The notes: generated by a model not told the origin, from the sequence alone. Shown: positions 8,140-16,960, counted from the stretch's first letter. The stretch: 32,583 bases of DNA from Acidiphilium sp. CAG:727 (GCA_000437515.1 FR898416.1:1-32583); one strand, 5' to 3'. Numbers and translations are program-made.

Positions 8140-8712
8140 ATGTGGTACGCGTTGTTGTTGGTCGGCGTGGTTTTCTTCGACCAATTTTCCAAAATCTTAG
8201 TTGCCGCGGTCGCGGGCTCTGCGGGAAATACGCCCGACGGCGGAGTTCATATCTGCTGGGTTATAGATAATTTCTTCGAGATTTCTTATTGCGAGAACAA
8301 CGAGGGAATGATGGGGCTGTTTCCCGAAGTGTCGAATATTATCTTCATCGTCGCTTCGATAATCATTCTTATAGGTATCTGCGTATATCTTGCCGTATCG
8401 AAACACCGCGGGAAATGGGTAAACACCGCTCTTATGCTCGTAATGGGCGGCGCGGTAGGCAATCTTATCGACCGCATAATTACCGAATACGTGAGAGATT
8501 TTATCCATATAATAATAAAAATCGGCGGGAAAGAGATATTCCCGTACGTTTTCAACGTAGCCGACGTCGCGTTGGTTATAGGGGCGATAATGCTCGTTAT
8601 TTATATTCTGTTTATCGGTAAAGACGCCGTTTTCAGACGTAAGAAAAAAGACGGCGACGATAAAACGGAAACCGCCGCCGACGCCGCGAAAACTACCGGA
8701 CCTCAAAAATGA
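8140..8712 (+). CDS. lspA: Lipoprotein signal peptidase (signal peptidase II)
   Basis: Has DQFSK, the NxGxxxG region (ENNEGMMGLF), GGAVGNLIDR and FNVADVALVIG, with 4 TM helices. The C-terminal tail is extended and basic. Confidence 0.88.
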   Translation: MWYALLLVGVVFFDQFSKILVAAVAGSAGNTPDGGVHICWVIDNFFEISYCENNEGMMGLFPEVSNIIFIVASIIILIGICVYLAVSKHRGKWVNTALMLVMGGAVGNLIDRIITEYVRDFIHIIIKIGGKEIFPYVFNVADVALVIGAIMLVIYILFIGKDAVFRRKKKDGDDKTETAADAAKTTGPQK

Positions 8713-9605
8713 AAACCGAAATTTTTACGGCGGAAACGCAGGAAAGGCTTGACGTTTATCTGACCGAAAAATTAAATAAAACCCGTTCTGCCGTAAAAAA
8801 ACTTATCGCCGACGGACTGATAACCGTCAACGGCAAGACCGAGAAAGCGGGTAAAGTCGTAAAATGCGGCGACGAGATTTCGGCGACGCTGCCCGACCCC
8901 GTTCCGCTTGACTTAACGCCCGAAAATCTGCCTTTGGATATAGTCTATCAGGACGAAGACGTGGCGGTAATCAATAAAGCGCAGGGGGTTACGGTTCACG
9001 CGGGCAACGGAACTCACGGTTCTACGCTCGTAAACGCGCTTTTATACCATTTAGACAGTTTAAGCGGCATAAACGGCGTGATACGCCCGGGTATAGTGCA
9101 TAGAATAGACAAAGACACGTCGGGTCTTTTAGTGGTTGCGAAAAACGACGCCTCGCACCTGTCGCTTTCCGATCAGATAAAGAACAAGACCTGCGCGAGG
9201 ATTTATTACGCGCTCGTCGAAGGCGTGGTTAAAACCGACAAGGGCGAAATAGAAACGTATATCGGCAGAAGCGATAAAAACCGCACCATGATGGCGGTTA
9301 CAGACCACGGACGTAAAGCGATTACCGATTACGAAACGGTAAAGAGATTTTCGTCGTACACGCTTATGCGTTTCAGCCTTAAAACGGGGCGTACGCACCA
9401 GATAAGAGTACATTGTAAATATATAGGGCATCCGATAGTGGGCGACCCCGTATACGGGTATAAAACGCAGAAATTCAAGTTAAACGGGCAATTGTTGCAC
9501 GCCGCAGAACTCGCTTTTAATCACCCCCGCACGGGCGAGCGTATGACGTTTACCGCTCCCTTGCCCGATTATTTCGAAGCGGTTCTCAAAAAACTCGAAA
9601 AATAA
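8709..9605 (+). CDS. rluD: RluA/RluD-family 23S rRNA pseudouridine synthase with an S4 domain
   Basis: Has an S4-like N-terminus (RLDVYLTEKL...), the catalytic HRIDKDTSGLLVVAKN, and GRTHQIRVH. There is an ATGA overlap with lspA, and lspA-rluD adjacency is classic in Firmicutes. Confidence 0.88.
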   Translation: MKTEIFTAETQERLDVYLTEKLNKTRSAVKKLIADGLITVNGKTEKAGKVVKCGDEISATLPDPVPLDLTPENLPLDIVYQDEDVAVINKAQGVTVHAGNGTHGSTLVNALLYHLDSLSGINGVIRPGIVHRIDKDTSGLLVVAKNDASHLSLSDQIKNKTCARIYYALVEGVVKTDKGEIETYIGRSDKNRTMMAVTDHGRKAITDYETVKRFSSYTLMRFSLKTGRTHQIRVHCKYIGHPIVGDPVYGYKTQKFKLNGQLLHAAELAFNHPRTGERMTFTAPLPDYFEAVLKKLEK

Positions 9606-9639
9606 AAGCCGCTACGTAGATTTAAGATTAAATTTTCAA

Positions 9640-9840
9640 CTCCGCGGTACCCCACCCTTCCGGGAGATGTTTCGCTCACGCTCAACATGACACTCAACAA
9701 GCACGTCATCGCGAGCGTAAGCGTGGCGATCCCCGCATTAAAAGTCGGAGTGGCTACATAGGCGGCGTACTCCAATCCTCGGGTTTGCCACGACCCGCAA
9801 GGGGTCTCGCAAAGACAGTTACGTCATCCTGTCAATAACG
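9640..9840. repeat. Modular interspersed intergenic repeat, copy A
   Basis: The 31-nt core acgtcatcgcgagcgtaagcgtggcgatccc (9703-9733) recurs at 12011-12040 with a 1-nt indel. The module cgtactccaatc (9766-9777) is the reverse complement of gattggagtacg at 12044-12055. Other GC-rich hairpin-prone modules are present (ttcgctcacgctcaacatgaca; ccacgacccgcaaggggtctcgcaaagac). Confidence 0.8.
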
Positions 9841-9849
9841 ATATAAAGC

Positions 9850-9893
9850 AACCCCGAAAGCGAAAATTTTTCGCTTTCGGGGTTTTGCTTTTT
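9850..9893. terminator. Bidirectional rho-independent terminator between convergent rluD and veg
   Basis: Near-perfect palindrome ccccgaaagcgaaaa/ttttcgctttcgggg (9852-9882), followed by ttttgcttttt on the + strand. Confidence 0.85.
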
Positions 9894-10137
9894 ATATCCT
9901 GTTCAATTTTTTTAACCGGACGTTACCGCACATTACCTCGGCGTAAGAAAAACTCGTTTTACCTTTGAAGTCGCCGTCGGGACGGACGGTAAACAACGCG
10001 GGGTAAACGCTCGTTAAAGTTCCGCTGTAGGTTACGAATTTATTTCTGCCGAGCGCGACTTGAACGCTCACCTCTTCGCCGCGGCACGCCGCAATCAATC
10101 TTTTTACTTTACTTATATCGCCCGTCGATTTTATCAT
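9892..10137 (-). CDS. veg: Veg family protein (biofilm formation stimulator Veg, DUF1021)
   Basis: 81 aa. DISKVKRLI...GRNKFVTYSGTLTSVYPALFTV...SFSYAEVMCGNVRL aligns by eye with B. subtilis Veg (DIKRSL...[22 protein letters not shown]...SYSYADILTETVEL). Confidence 0.85.
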   Translation of the reverse strand: MIKSTGDISKVKRLIAACRGEEVSVQVALGRNKFVTYSGTLTSVYPALFTVRPDGDFKGKTSFSYAEVMCGNVRLKKLNRI

Positions 10138-10168
10138 ACGAGCGTATTATCGACGACTTATACCCGGA

Positions 10169-10699
10169 TTATACGTCGTAATCGTCGCGTTCGTCTTCGT
10201 CCTCTTCTTCGTCTTCTTCGCTGTACTCGCCGATGTCGGTAGGATATTCGAAGTCGTCATCGTCGTCGTGAACGCCGTCGTCGTAGTAATCGTCGTCCTG
10301 CTCTTCTTCGTCGTCAAAAAGTTCTTTGGCTTCTTCCTCTTCGAGTTGCGAAAGCGAAAGCATCGCTTCTTCGTCGTCGCCCTGATTGCTTATCGCTTCT
10401 TTTTCGTCCTCGTCGAGATAGTTTCTCCACTCTTCGTCGTTGTCGGGATCGTCCTCGCTCGTTTCTTCGCGTTCCTTTTCGGCGCGAGCCTCTCTGCACT
10501 CCTCGCACATCTCTTCGCCGTCGTCGATAAAGTTACGTTTGCAGATCGGGCAAAGGACCTGATCCTGATCGTCGTCGCCGTCGAGCGCGGCAAATTTTAT
10601 CTGCGGTCCGATTTTGAGTTCAGCCTTACAAACGTCGCAGTACGGCTCGCCTTCGAGCATGTAGTTAAGGTCGCACCTCGGACATTTTACGTATTTCAT
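10169..10699 (-). CDS. Double zinc-ribbon protein with an extremely acidic C-terminal tail; function unknown
   Basis: ORF 10169..10783 trimmed to ATG 10699, preceded by GGGAGA. Two Cys4 units are present (CPRC...CDVC and CPIC...CEEC). About 100 residues follow that are dominated by D/E (DDEEEQDDDYYDDGVHDDDDDFEY...EEDEEEDEDERDDYDV). Confidence 0.7.
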   Translation of the reverse strand: MKYVKCPRCDLNYMLEGEPYCDVCKAELKIGPQIKFAALDGDDDQDQVLCPICKRNFIDDGEEMCEECREARAEKEREETSEDDPDNDEEWRNYLDEDEKEAISNQGDDEEAMLSLSQLEEEEAKELFDDEEEQDDDYYDDGVHDDDDDFEYPTDIGEYSEEDEEEDEDERDDYDV

Positions 10700-10885
10700 T
10701 TTATTCTCCCTGTCGCCCGAAAAAGTTCGGGCTTTATATAATATATATCCGAATTTTAATTTTATGTGCAAAATAACACGCACAAAAAATACGCATAAAC
10801 CGCTTTCGGCGATTCACGCGCATATATTATAGCATAATATTTTTATTTGTAAACTGTTTTATATAACCAAAACGAATTTTTTCAG

Positions 10886-11185
10886 TTATTTTTTCAAAAA
10901 ATCTATCAAAGATTTCTTTTTATCCGAAGATAAATTTTCAAGCAAACGTTCTATCTCCCGATTTTCGTCATAATCGTAAAAATCGTCGCTAAAAAACCTT
11001 GCCACCGAAAAATTACAGATTTCTAACACCTGAAATAAGTTTTCTATCGACAGTTGAAAACGCCCGCGTTCAACCATACCAATGTATTGCGCGCTTTTAC
11101 CCATTCTCAAACTTAATTCTCTTGCCGATAAATTAGCCTTATTCCTGACGTAACCGAGTCTTACTAAAAACTCTTTATAATCCAT
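10886..11185 (-). CDS. XRE-family helix-turn-helix transcriptional regulator
   Basis: LSARELSLRMGKSAQYIGMVERGRFQLSIENLFQVLEI is a Cro/C1-type HTH. The local composition is very AT-rich. Confidence 0.8.
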   Translation of the reverse strand: MDYKEFLVRLGYVRNKANLSARELSLRMGKSAQYIGMVERGRFQLSIENLFQVLEICNFSVARFFSDDFYDYDENREIERLLENLSSDKKKSLIDFLKK

Positions 11186-11284
11186 ATTCTTCCACCAAGT
11201 ATTTTATATCATAATTATAAGCCCGTATTTCGTAACGCTATGAAATGCAAAAACATTAAAATATTCTATTTATATTAAAAATGA

Positions 11285-11314
11285 TTACACAATGACAATA
11301 ATTTGTGCTATAAT
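11285..11314 (+). promoter_or_regulatory. Putative extended -10 promoter of the SLOG gene
   Basis: TTACAC (11285-11290), 18-nt spacer, TGcTATAAT (11306-11314). It lies ~40 nt upstream of AAGGAG-ATG 11354, in the divergent region shared with the XRE gene. Confidence 0.5.
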
Positions 11315-11353
11315 TATGTATATATGTAACTATTAAGGAGTTTATTTGTAAAA

Positions 11354-11824
11354 ATGAGCAGAAGAAAACATCTGCGTTGTAGTTTTTTCGGACATTATGA
11401 AGACGAAATAAGCGAAGAAACAAAACTTAAAATAAAAGAAAAAATCGTCGAGTTAATCAACGACGGTTTCGACATATTTATGATAGGAAATAAAGGTACA
11501 TTCACGGATATATGTTACCAAATTATAACCGACTTACAAAAAATCTATCCTCACGTAAAGCGGATAATTTGCATGTACAGCCCTTGGGAGAATTTAGAAA
11601 TAAAACGACCGAAAGAATTCCCGTATCCGGAATACGAAAAAATAATATACTTATCGCCGGCATATCAAGAACAACGAAGTAAAACCATCTACCGCAACCG
11701 GGAAACCGTAGATATAAGCGACTACGTCGTTTTTTACGTTCAGGATCGCCCTATGAGCCGAACGTACGAAACTTTAGAATATGCTATAAACTTCGATATT
11801 CCTCACTGCAATCTGTCGGAATAG
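11354..11824 (+). CDS. SLOG-fold protein, DUF1273 / YpsA-like
   Basis: Has CSFFGH near the N-terminus, FMIGNKGTFTDICYQIITDLQKIYPHVK, and the C-terminal RNRETVDISDYVVFYV. This matches the DUF1273 pattern (FTGHR ... GxxGxD ... RNRxMVDxSD). Confidence 0.65.
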   Translation: MSRRKHLRCSFFGHYEDEISEETKLKIKEKIVELINDGFDIFMIGNKGTFTDICYQIITDLQKIYPHVKRIICMYSPWENLEIKRPKEFPYPEYEKIIYLSPAYQEQRSKTIYRNRETVDISDYVVFYVQDRPMSRTYETLEYAINFDIPHCNLSE

Positions 11825-11869
11825 TTCATAACACGTGATTTTATACACTATCTTTTATACAGACTTGCC

Positions 11870-12130
11870 CGCGCAGCCGCTCCGCCGTCTATTGCGGGGT
11901 AAATGTCCCCGCTGAAACGGGGAAAATGTTGCGAAGCGACAAAAGGGGGGGGCGACACTGCCTAAGGTTGCCGCAGTCGCTTTGCTCCTTCGCAATGACA
12001 TGCTTAATAAACGTCATCGCGAGCGAAGCGTGGCGATCCCGAAGATTGGAGTACGGGCGAATATACTTGCCCTTGCCTTCTCTTTGCAGAGAAGGTGGCG
12101 GCGTAGCCGACGGATGAGTTCTCGGAAGTG
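11870..12130. repeat. Modular interspersed intergenic repeat, copy B
   Basis: Shares the 30-nt core acgtcatcgcgagcgaagcgtggcgatccc (12011-12040) and the gattggagtacg module with copy A. Additional self-complementary modules are present (gcgaagcgac / gtcgctttgc; ccccgctgaaacgggg 11908-11923). ORFs across it translate to the low-complexity strings ...LRNDM... and ...VIASEAWRS... Confidence 0.8.
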
Positions 12131-12174
12131 TGGTATTTTTCGGACTTTATATGCAGAATATAAATTATACTCCG

Positions 12175-13497
12175 TTATTCTTTGGCAAGGCGGGAGCGGA
12201 ACAGTTCGGCTAAATCGCCAGCGCCTAAAACGAGCAATAAATCGCCTTCGTCGAGTTTTTCCGTCAATCCGGAAAACAACTTATCAAAATCGTCGAAATA
12301 CTCGCCCTTACCTAAATCTTTATATAAATCGAGCGCGCTTCCGCCCTCTACCGGGGCTTCTCTCGCGGCGAAAGTCCTGAACAGATACAGATTCTCAACG
12401 CCGCCGAGTACCTTGATAAATTCGTCCTTCAAAAATATAGTTCTCGAATAAGTGTGCGGTTGAAATACGACGAGAATATTTTTCGCCCTTTCTTTTTCAG
12501 CCGCGGATAAGCACGCCGCAATCTCTTTGGGGTGATGAGCGTAATCGATAATCACGTCCGCCCCGTTAATTTTTCCTATCCGCTCGTAGCGGCGTTTAAC
12601 GCCCTTGAATTTCTTTATCCCCCGCGCTATATCCTTTGCCGAAACGCCGATTTCTCTCGCTAAGGCGCAAGCCGCAAGCGCGTTGACGGCGTTATATTCG
12701 CCGGCAACCGAAAGCGCGATTCTCGTAAGTTTTTTGCCGTTTTCGGTAAGATAAAAAGAATATGCGCCGTTCTTTTCGGTAAGATTTTTCACGCCGTATT
12801 TCGCCTTGTTTTTAACGCCGAAAGTAACGGCGTTTTTTTCTTTATATCCGGCAAGTACGGGATCGTCTATATTGATAATCGCCTTATCCCCCGATTTTAA
12901 GTAAGATAAATAGGCATTTTTGAGTTCGTCGTAACCGTTATAACAATCTAAGTGATCGGCGTCGCAATTAAGGCACAGACAGACGTCCGCAGGAAAATTA
13001 AGCAGGTTCTTTTTATACTCGCACACTTCCGACAAAAACACTTCGCTGCCGCGGATAACGCTGTTAGAAAACTCTTTGTCTTCGCCGCCGATATGGGCGG
13101 TGAACGCCTTTTTTGCGGCGTCAAAAATATGGGCGAGCATACAAGTTACGGTCGTTTTTCCGTTACACCCGGCAACGCCTACGACGATTCCGCAATTTTC
13201 TGCGACCGATTTCAAAAGTTCGGCTCTCGTCATAATAAACAACTTTTCTCTTCTAGCGAAGGCGAGTTCACAGTTGTCTTCTTTAATCGCGTCGGAATAG
13301 ACTACGACCTGCGCGCCTTCTGCGTTTTTTTCGCTATGCCCTATAAAAACCGACGCGCCGAGCCTTTTCAATTCTTCGGTATAAACCGAATCGCGCGCGT
13401 CGCTTCCGCTGACGGTAAAACCCATGCGGAGCATATATTTTGCAAGGCTCGAAAGACTTACACCGCCGATACCGATAAAATGCACTCTGAACGACAT
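12175..13497 (-). CDS. murC: UDP-N-acetylmuramate--L-alanine ligase
   Basis: Has HFIGIGGVSLSSLA...GFTVSGSD, the P-loop GVAGCNGKTTVTCM, and DYAHHP. Mur ligase architecture at ~440 aa. Confidence 0.92.
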   Translation of the reverse strand: MSFRVHFIGIGGVSLSSLAKYMLRMGFTVSGSDARDSVYTEELKRLGASVFIGHSEKNAEGAQVVVYSDAIKEDNCELAFARREKLFIMTRAELLKSVAENCGIVVGVAGCNGKTTVTCMLAHIFDAAKKAFTAHIGGEDKEFSNSVIRGSEVFLSEVCEYKKNLLNFPADVCLCLNCDADHLDCYNGYDELKNAYLSYLKSGDKAIINIDDPVLAGYKEKNAVTFGVKNKAKYGVKNLTEKNGAYSFYLTENGKKLTRIALSVAGEYNAVNALAACALAREIGVSAKDIARGIKKFKGVKRRYERIGKINGADVIIDYAHHPKEIAACLSAAEKERAKNILVVFQPHTYSRTIFLKDEFIKVLGGVENLYLFRTFAAREAPVEGGSALDLYKDLGKGEYFDDFDKLFSGLTEKLDEGDLLLVLGAGDLAELFRSRLAKE

Positions 13498-13588
13498 ACA
13501 GCCACCTACCTGACATTATATGCCATAACCCCGCAAAAAGATAACTCCCCCGAAAAATTTCCTCGGATAACCGAATTTACGCAAATAC

Positions 13589-13610
13589 GAAAGCCGCCCT
13601 TTCGGACGGC
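13589..13610 (-). terminator. Probable terminator after the ABC-F gene
   Basis: Minus strand reads GCCGTCC-GAAA-GGGCGGC (13610-13593), followed by TTTCGTATTT. The T-run is weak. Confidence 0.5.
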
Positions 13611-13628
13611 TCGATTATTAAACGTTTC

Positions 13629-15215
13629 TTATTGTTTGTTCATCGTTTCTTCGAGATAGGTGTCGTAGTCGACGGGACGGTCGTAAACCTTCTTGCCGCC
13701 GTCGATTTCGATTATACGGTTACAGACCGTATTCATAAGTTCGCGGTCGTGGCTCGTCATTAAAAGGCAGCCCTTAAACGCCACGAGTCCGTCGTTGAGC
13801 GCGGTTATCGATTCGAGATCGAGATGGTTCGTAGGTTCGTCGAGAATCATAAAATTACCGCCTTCGAGCATCATCTTGGCGAGCATACATCTTACTTTTT
13901 CTCCGCCGGAAATAACCGAGGCTTTCTTTTGAGATTCTTCGCCCGAAAACAACATTCTTGCGAGCCAGCCGCGGACGAATTCTTCGTAATGGTCGTAAGA
14001 ATATCTGCTGAGCCAGTCTACGAGCGACAAGTCGCAACCGACGAAATATTCGTCGTTATCCACGGGCAGATAGGTCGGCGTAATCGTCTTGCCCCATTTA
14101 TAATAGCCGCTGTCGGCGGTTTCTTTACCCATTAAAACGTCGTACAAAACCGAAATAGCCTTGCTGTTTCTGCCTACGATACCGATTTTATCTTCTCTGC
14201 CGACCGTAAACGACAAATTCTCGAAATACCCTTCTTTCGTAAGGTTTTCAACGAAAAGTATGTCGTTACCTATTTCGCGGTCGTATTTGAAATTGATGTA
14301 CGGATATTTTCTCGACGAAACTTTAATGTCGTTAATCGTAAGTTTTTCGAGTTCTTTCTTTCTTGCCGTAGCCTGTTTGGACTTTGAAGCGTTAGCCGAG
14401 AAACGAGCGATAAATTCCTGTAATTCTTTCGCGCGCTGTTCGGCTTTTTTATTCTGTTCCTTTTGCTGACGGGCGATAAGTTGGCTCGTCCTGTACCAGA
14501 AATCGTAGTTACCGAAGTAAACGTTGATTTTGCCGAAGTCCACGTCGCAGATATAGGTGCATACCTTATTCAAAAAATATCTGTTGTGCGAAACGATGAT
14601 AATCGTATTTTCGAAGTCCATCAGAAAGTCTTCGAGCCATTGCGTGGTCTTTATGTCGAGGTTGTTCGTGGGTTCGTCTAAAAGAAGCACGTCGGGGTTG
14701 CCGAAAAGAGCCTGAGCGAGAAGAATTTTAACCTTTTCTTTGCCGTCGAGTTCGCCCATTTTCATTTCGTAGTGTTCCGCGGGGATGTCGAGAGCGGATA
14801 AGAGTTTTTCCGCGTCGCTTTCCGCGTCCCATCCGCCGAGTTCGGCAAACTCGTTTTCGAGATCCGCCGCCCTTATGCCGTCTTCGTCGGTAAAGTCTTC
14901 TTTCTGATAGAGCGCGTCTTTTTCGTCCATAATATCAACGAGTCGTTTATGTCCGAGCATAACCGTCCTTATAACGGTTTCGTCGTTATATGCGTTCTGG
15001 TCCTGTTTAAGCACAGACATACGCTCGTTTTTATCCAGCGTAACCTCGCCTTTCTGCGGTTCGAGTTCGCCCGAAAGTATTCTCAAAAAGGTGGATTTGC
15101 CCGCCCCGTTCGCGCCGATGATGCCGTAGCAGTTACCTTTCGTGAATTTGATATTTACGTCTTCAAAAAGTTTTCTGCTGCCGAATTGCAGGCTTACTCC
15201 GTTGACTTGTAACAT
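13629..15215 (-). CDS. ABC-F family ATPase (YbiT/YkpA type), two ABC domains, no TM domain
   Basis: Collinear by eye with E. coli YbiT: MLQVNGVSLQFGSRKLFEDV..GIIGANGAGKSTFL; LLLDEPTNNLD; FIARFSANASKSKQATARKKELEK; a second LSGGEKVR...ILDEPTNHLD. Confidence 0.9.
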   Translation of the reverse strand: MLQVNGVSLQFGSRKLFEDVNIKFTKGNCYGIIGANGAGKSTFLRILSGELEPQKGEVTLDKNERMSVLKQDQNAYNDETVIRTVMLGHKRLVDIMDEKDALYQKEDFTDEDGIRAADLENEFAELGGWDAESDAEKLLSALDIPAEHYEMKMGELDGKEKVKILLAQALFGNPDVLLLDEPTNNLDIKTTQWLEDFLMDFENTIIIVSHNRYFLNKVCTYICDVDFGKINVYFGNYDFWYRTSQLIARQQKEQNKKAEQRAKELQEFIARFSANASKSKQATARKKELEKLTINDIKVSSRKYPYINFKYDREIGNDILFVENLTKEGYFENLSFTVGREDKIGIVGRNSKAISVLYDVLMGKETADSGYYKWGKTITPTYLPVDNDEYFVGCDLSLVDWLSRYSYDHYEEFVRGWLARMLFSGEESQKKASVISGGEKVRCMLAKMMLEGGNFMILDEPTNHLDLESITALNDGLVAFKGCLLMTSHDRELMNTVCNRIIEIDGGKKVYDRPVDYDTYLEETMNKQ

Positions 15216-15229
15216 TTTTACCTCGCTTG

Positions 15230-15260
15230 AAAAAGGGTCGTCTTTCGACAGCCCTTTTCG
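15230..15260 (-). terminator. Possible terminator after the large lipoprotein gene
   Basis: The minus strand reads aaaagggctgtcgaaagacgacccttttt, an imperfect stem (GGG..CGA / TCG..CCC) followed by T5. Confidence 0.45.
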
Positions 15261-15286
15261 TGTTTTTTAACGTTTTGACTAATTTA

Positions 15287-16960
15287 TCAGTCTTTTTTGT
15301 TCATTCCGTCTTTAACGGTCTTCGCGTTGCCCGACGTCATTTTGCCGAGAAGAGATTCGTAAATGATTTTGTACTTTTTGCTGTCTTTTTCCGGGGCGTC
15401 GTAGAACTTCGCCTTTTCGGAATCTTTATCCTTATCGGCAATCGATTCGTCTTTATCTACGGTTTCGCAATGCGCGGCGTACTCCGCCGCCTTTTTGGTC
15501 GTGTCTACAGCGTAAACGTAAGACAGGAACGACGAATCGCTGTAAGCCGCGATAAACGCGTAATGAGTTTCGTTTTCAACCTTAAACGCCACGACTTCGG
15601 GTTTATACCAGGAGTTGTCTACGTCGAACGAGTTGATTCTGAACACTTCTTCGTCCATATGCGTACCGTCTTTAAGCAAAGTATAGTTGACTTTGTAATA
15701 GACGTTGCCGTTATGGAAGTAGAGATAATCGTCGTTACCTTCTTTCACGACGAAATCAAGCGTAGCGCCGCTGATCTTTTCGTTATCGAGAATTGTTTGC
15801 GCGCCGTGGTAATAAGGGTCACCTTCGCCCTTCTTCGTGTAATCGTAGAGCATAAGTCTCGAAGAATCGATATACAATATTTCGGAAGAGCCGAGATACA
15901 ACGCCGAATCGGAGAATACCGACGAGGCTACCGCGTCGCCTTCGTAGTTCATGAGTACGGTAACGGCTTCGTCGTTGTACTTAACGGCGTTGTCTTCGCC
16001 GAATTTGCTCCTTTCCATATACTTGTACGACTTCATGTTCGAAGTGGTACTGTCAAGCGAAGTTACGGAATAATAAAGCGTGTCCTGCGTGTATTTTATA
16101 AGGTCGAACGTGGCGCCCGTCATATAAACGCCTTTCTTTTCCGTATTGCCGGAAGTCATCTTTCCGATACCGTCGAGAATACGTTCGGCTTTGGCTTCGA
16201 CCTTGCTTTCGCCGAAGTTCACCGAATATACTTCGTAATAATTTTCGGTAGCGCGATTGCTGTCGTTATCGTCGGGATAAATCGTTTTGTTTACGGGTTT
16301 TATCGTATAGAAAAGCGCGGGATCGCCGACGTCGGACGAGAAAAGGATTTTTTGTATGGAAGAAACGCTGTCGGAATACTTGAATAACTGTTTTCTGCCG
16401 ATCGCGTCGTAAACGTAAAGGTCGGACGAATCTTTTACGATAAGGTAAACGTTTTTACCCGCCGAAACGTAACGATATTCTACCGAAGAGCCGAAATCTT
16501 TACCGCAGATAGATTTGGAGGTATCCGATCCGTCCGCTTTGGTTCTGAAGAACAAAAGTTTATCGGTCTTGACTTCGCCCTTGCTGTTCTTTTCGGTCGA
16601 CGGGGCGGCGTAATAGAAATATTCGTCGAACAGATACACGCCTGCCGCGGTATCGTCGGCAACGAGAAGTTTCGAGATTATGGTATCGCATTTGGCTTCC
16701 GAGCCTTTCGCGATATCGGTCTTTTTAACGCGAACGAGCGCGCCCTTGGTAACCTTGCCGGTTTCGTACTTGCCGGCGTCGGTCTTACCGTTCAGAAAAT
16801 ATACGTAATCGCCCGTTTCGACGAGAAAACCGCCGTTGGAAGAAACCTGCGACACCGTCGGGTCTTTCGATGCAACCGTCGGATTCGCGTCTTTCTTACA
16901 CGCGGCGAGCGATAAAGTCAATAAAGCCGCAAGAAAAACGGCAGACAACTTTTTCAACAT
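15287..16960 (-). CDS. Large lipoprotein, probably a beta-propeller (DUF5050-like repeats)
   Basis: AAGGAG sits 6 nt before ATG 16960. The signal has a canonical lipobox (LTLSLAAC). Blade-like motifs recur (YVYFLNG, YFYYAAP, NVYLIVKDSSDLYVYD, LFYTIKP, LYYSVTS, ILYIDSSRLMLYDY, YLYFHNGNVYYKV). Confidence 0.6.
   Translation of the reverse strand: MLKKLSAVFLAALLTLSLAACKKDANPTVASKDPTVSQVSSNGGFLVETGDYVYFLNGKTDAGKYETGKVTKGALVRVKKTDIAKGSEAKCDTIISKLLVADDTAAGVYLFDEYFYYAAPSTEKNSKGEVKTDKLLFFRTKADGSDTSKSICGKDFGSSVEYRYVSAGKNVYLIVKDSSDLYVYDAIGRKQLFKYSDSVSSIQKILFSSDVGDPALFYTIKPVNKTIYPDDNDSNRATENYYEVYSVNFGESKVEAKAERILDGIGKMTSGNTEKKGVYMTGATFDLIKYTQDTLYYSVTSLDSTTSNMKSYKYMERSKFGEDNAVKYNDEAVTVLMNYEGDAVASSVFSDSALYLGSSEILYIDSSRLMLYDYTKKGEGDPYYHGAQTILDNEKISGATLDFVVKEGNDDYLYFHNGNVYYKVNYTLLKDGTHMDEEVFRINSFDVDNSWYKPEVVAFKVENETHYAFIAAYSDSSFLSYVYAVDTTKKAAEYAAHCETVDKDESIADKDKDSEKAKFYDAPEKDSKKYKIIYESLLGKMTSGNAKTVKDGMNKKD

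Noticed and set aside
11926-12380. ORFs 11926..12117 and 11982..12380 (and 9569..9775 in copy A)
   Set aside because: They translate the interspersed repeat modules (LRNDM, VIASEAWRS and similar strings). The second one also runs antisense into murC. These are repeat-derived pseudo-ORFs.
15227-16387. 386-aa plus-strand ORF
   Set aside because: It lies fully antisense to the well-supported lipoprotein CDS 15287..16960. Its translation is low-complexity and rich in F/V/R, and it has no SD. This is a typical shadow ORF.
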